Shown here: piece by piece, positions 62,375 through 64,000 of the stretch
Layout: every line of letters begins with the position of its first letter
Position numbering within the stretch: position 1 is the stretch's first letter
Source: Camelus dromedarius
Lineage: Eukaryota
Direction: 5' to 3'
Length of the DNA stretch: 64,000 bases
Assembly (NCBI RefSeq): GCF_036321535.1
Contig: NC_087436.1
Span: 62,001-126,000 of the forward strand
Notes under the pieces: model-generated
Told to the model about the DNA's origin: nothing
Database searches by the model: none
The model's input: only the letters and a program-made list of their open reading frames with translations
Made by a program: the position numbers and the translations under genes

Positions 62375-64000
62375 ATGCTCTCACTTTGTGGGTCCTTATG
62401 TAACTGCGCGGTGTTATTCAGGATCGCCCGTTCTACACTGTGTGACGCTGCTGCCGTGTCTCCTAGTTATTTCTGTAAGTACTAGTGTAATTTTTTCAAT
62501 GTGTGGTACTAGACATCTAAAAATGCTTTTTTCAGATGAAAAATAATGTGTATTTAATATAATAAGTCTGAAAAAAGCGACAAAAGTTTCTATCCTGGTC
62601 CCACTACTCAGAGATAATAATTAACACTTTAACATCTATTTTCTGTTCTTTTCATCAGTGTGTATTACGTCTGTCATAAAAACCAGCGAGCACTCTGTGC
62701 CTCTTTACTGTGTGGAGACCTCCATTTTCCATTCGGCTTATTACACATTTTTCTACACTATTCTCTCTCCCCTGGCATGATTTTTAATGACCAGTATAGC
62801 ATTCTGTCTTGTAGAGGCATCGTCCATTTTACTTCGGACTTAAATAAACTTTTAAATTCCAAGTATATTTAACTGAAATACTGAAAAGAGAACTGTGGTG
62901 GTACCGAAAGGCCCCTACATCCCTTCCCCTTTTTTTCCTGAGAGTAAAAACTGCTGACAATGTGGTGTATATATTTCATGACCTTTATGCCTGTCATATA
63001 TATATACACATACATACATGTATATGAGAAATCTATGTATATGTGTGTGTATATATGCTTTATTGAAAAATAAGGCCATACTATATGTTTTGTGCAGCTC
63101 GGTTTATTCACTGAGGTGTATATCATAGACGTCCTCCCACTCCAGACTCATCCGGTCCTTTCAGATAGAGTAGAGGGGTCTCCTGATGTGCAGTAGATTT
63201 GGTCTCTTGTGTAAGGACACCTTTGGTGGGAGAGTAATGTGGACAAGGCCTTGGACCACGCCAAAACGCCTGCCCCTTAGTGCCCACAGCTCGCCTTGAT
63301 TTACCGCATCATTGTCTTGATGGTGGATACTTAAGTTTTCTCCATTTTCCACTGTCAGAAAGGGTGTTTGACTGGCGTCCTTCTTGTACAAACATTCCTG
63401 TGATCTTGTATGAGTATTCCTTTAGTTAAGGTTTCTGGGAATTTAGTCCCTGGATGTGACAATTACATACATCACAGGATCCTTTCAAGTGACTCTAGAA
63501 ATTCCTTCTCCTGCGGGGAATGAAAAGATGTAGAATAACTTATGTAACCAATTCTCTATCGCTGGATATGATTTCACTTCAGCTTTTCTTCCCACCATTG
63601 TAAAAAGTGCTGTGTAAATGCTCTGATGAGTACATCTTTTTGAACTGATTTTTTTTCTAAACGAAATGATTCCTAAAATGGAGTTCAGTCTGTGTGTACA
63701 CACATTTTTCAGAGTTTACATATCCATTGACACGTCGTCCTCCAAAAAGATCGCTCAGTTTGTTCTCTCAAAGATGGACACTACCTAGAATATTTTTTAA
63801 AAACATTTGCCAATATGATGAGCAAAATTGCTTTTTCATTGTTTTAGTTTGCACTTGATGACCAGTGAGGTATTGAGCATTTTTCACTCATTAGCCATCT
63901 GACTTTTAAAAGGTGAATCATCCCTTTTGTCCTTTGCACACATTTAAGTGAGGGAGCTTCTTGTTGCTTTGTGACAGCTCTTTGTATGTTATGAACATTA

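Larger units (their letters stand above)
54266..64000 (+). repeat. Tandem segmental duplication, copy B (runs off window end)
   Basis: Direct repeat of 1-9843. Confidence 0.98.

Noticed and set aside
54266..64000. Assembly artefact (haplotype duplication)
   Set aside because: About 10% divergence with many indels far exceeds allelic variation.
1..64000. CRISPR arrays, rRNA or prokaryotic systems
   Set aside because: The sequence is mammalian; no repeat-spacer array, rRNA or operon structure was seen.

Overview
Mammalian genomic DNA, almost certainly camelid (five Vic-1-type tRNA-derived SINEs). I found no intact protein-coding gene. The window spans about 1.2 periods of a ~54.2-kb head-to-tail tandem duplication: 1-9843 recurs at 54266-64000 at roughly 90% identity by eye. 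The repeat unit is an unprocessed, 3'-truncated TRAPPC9 (NIBP) pseudogene on the + strand. It carries a CpG-island promoter region (~32-33 kb), exon 2 (37209-37780), an exon 3 remnant (46027-46147), micro-exon 5 (54211-54237) and exon 6 (62254-62374). The preceding unit contributes exon 6 (8099-8219) and exon 7 (14998-15121). I did not find exon 4 or exons 8 onward. Both exon 6 copies share the same premature TAG and 1-nt loss, so the gene was disabled before these copies separated. The rest is intronic or intergenic sequence with a cluster of solo ERV1-type LTRs, nested L1/MER2/Vic-1 insertions, and MIR, L2 and MER33 relics. TRAPPC9 assignments, exon numbers and repeat family names come from my recall of reference sequences and need alignment to confirm.
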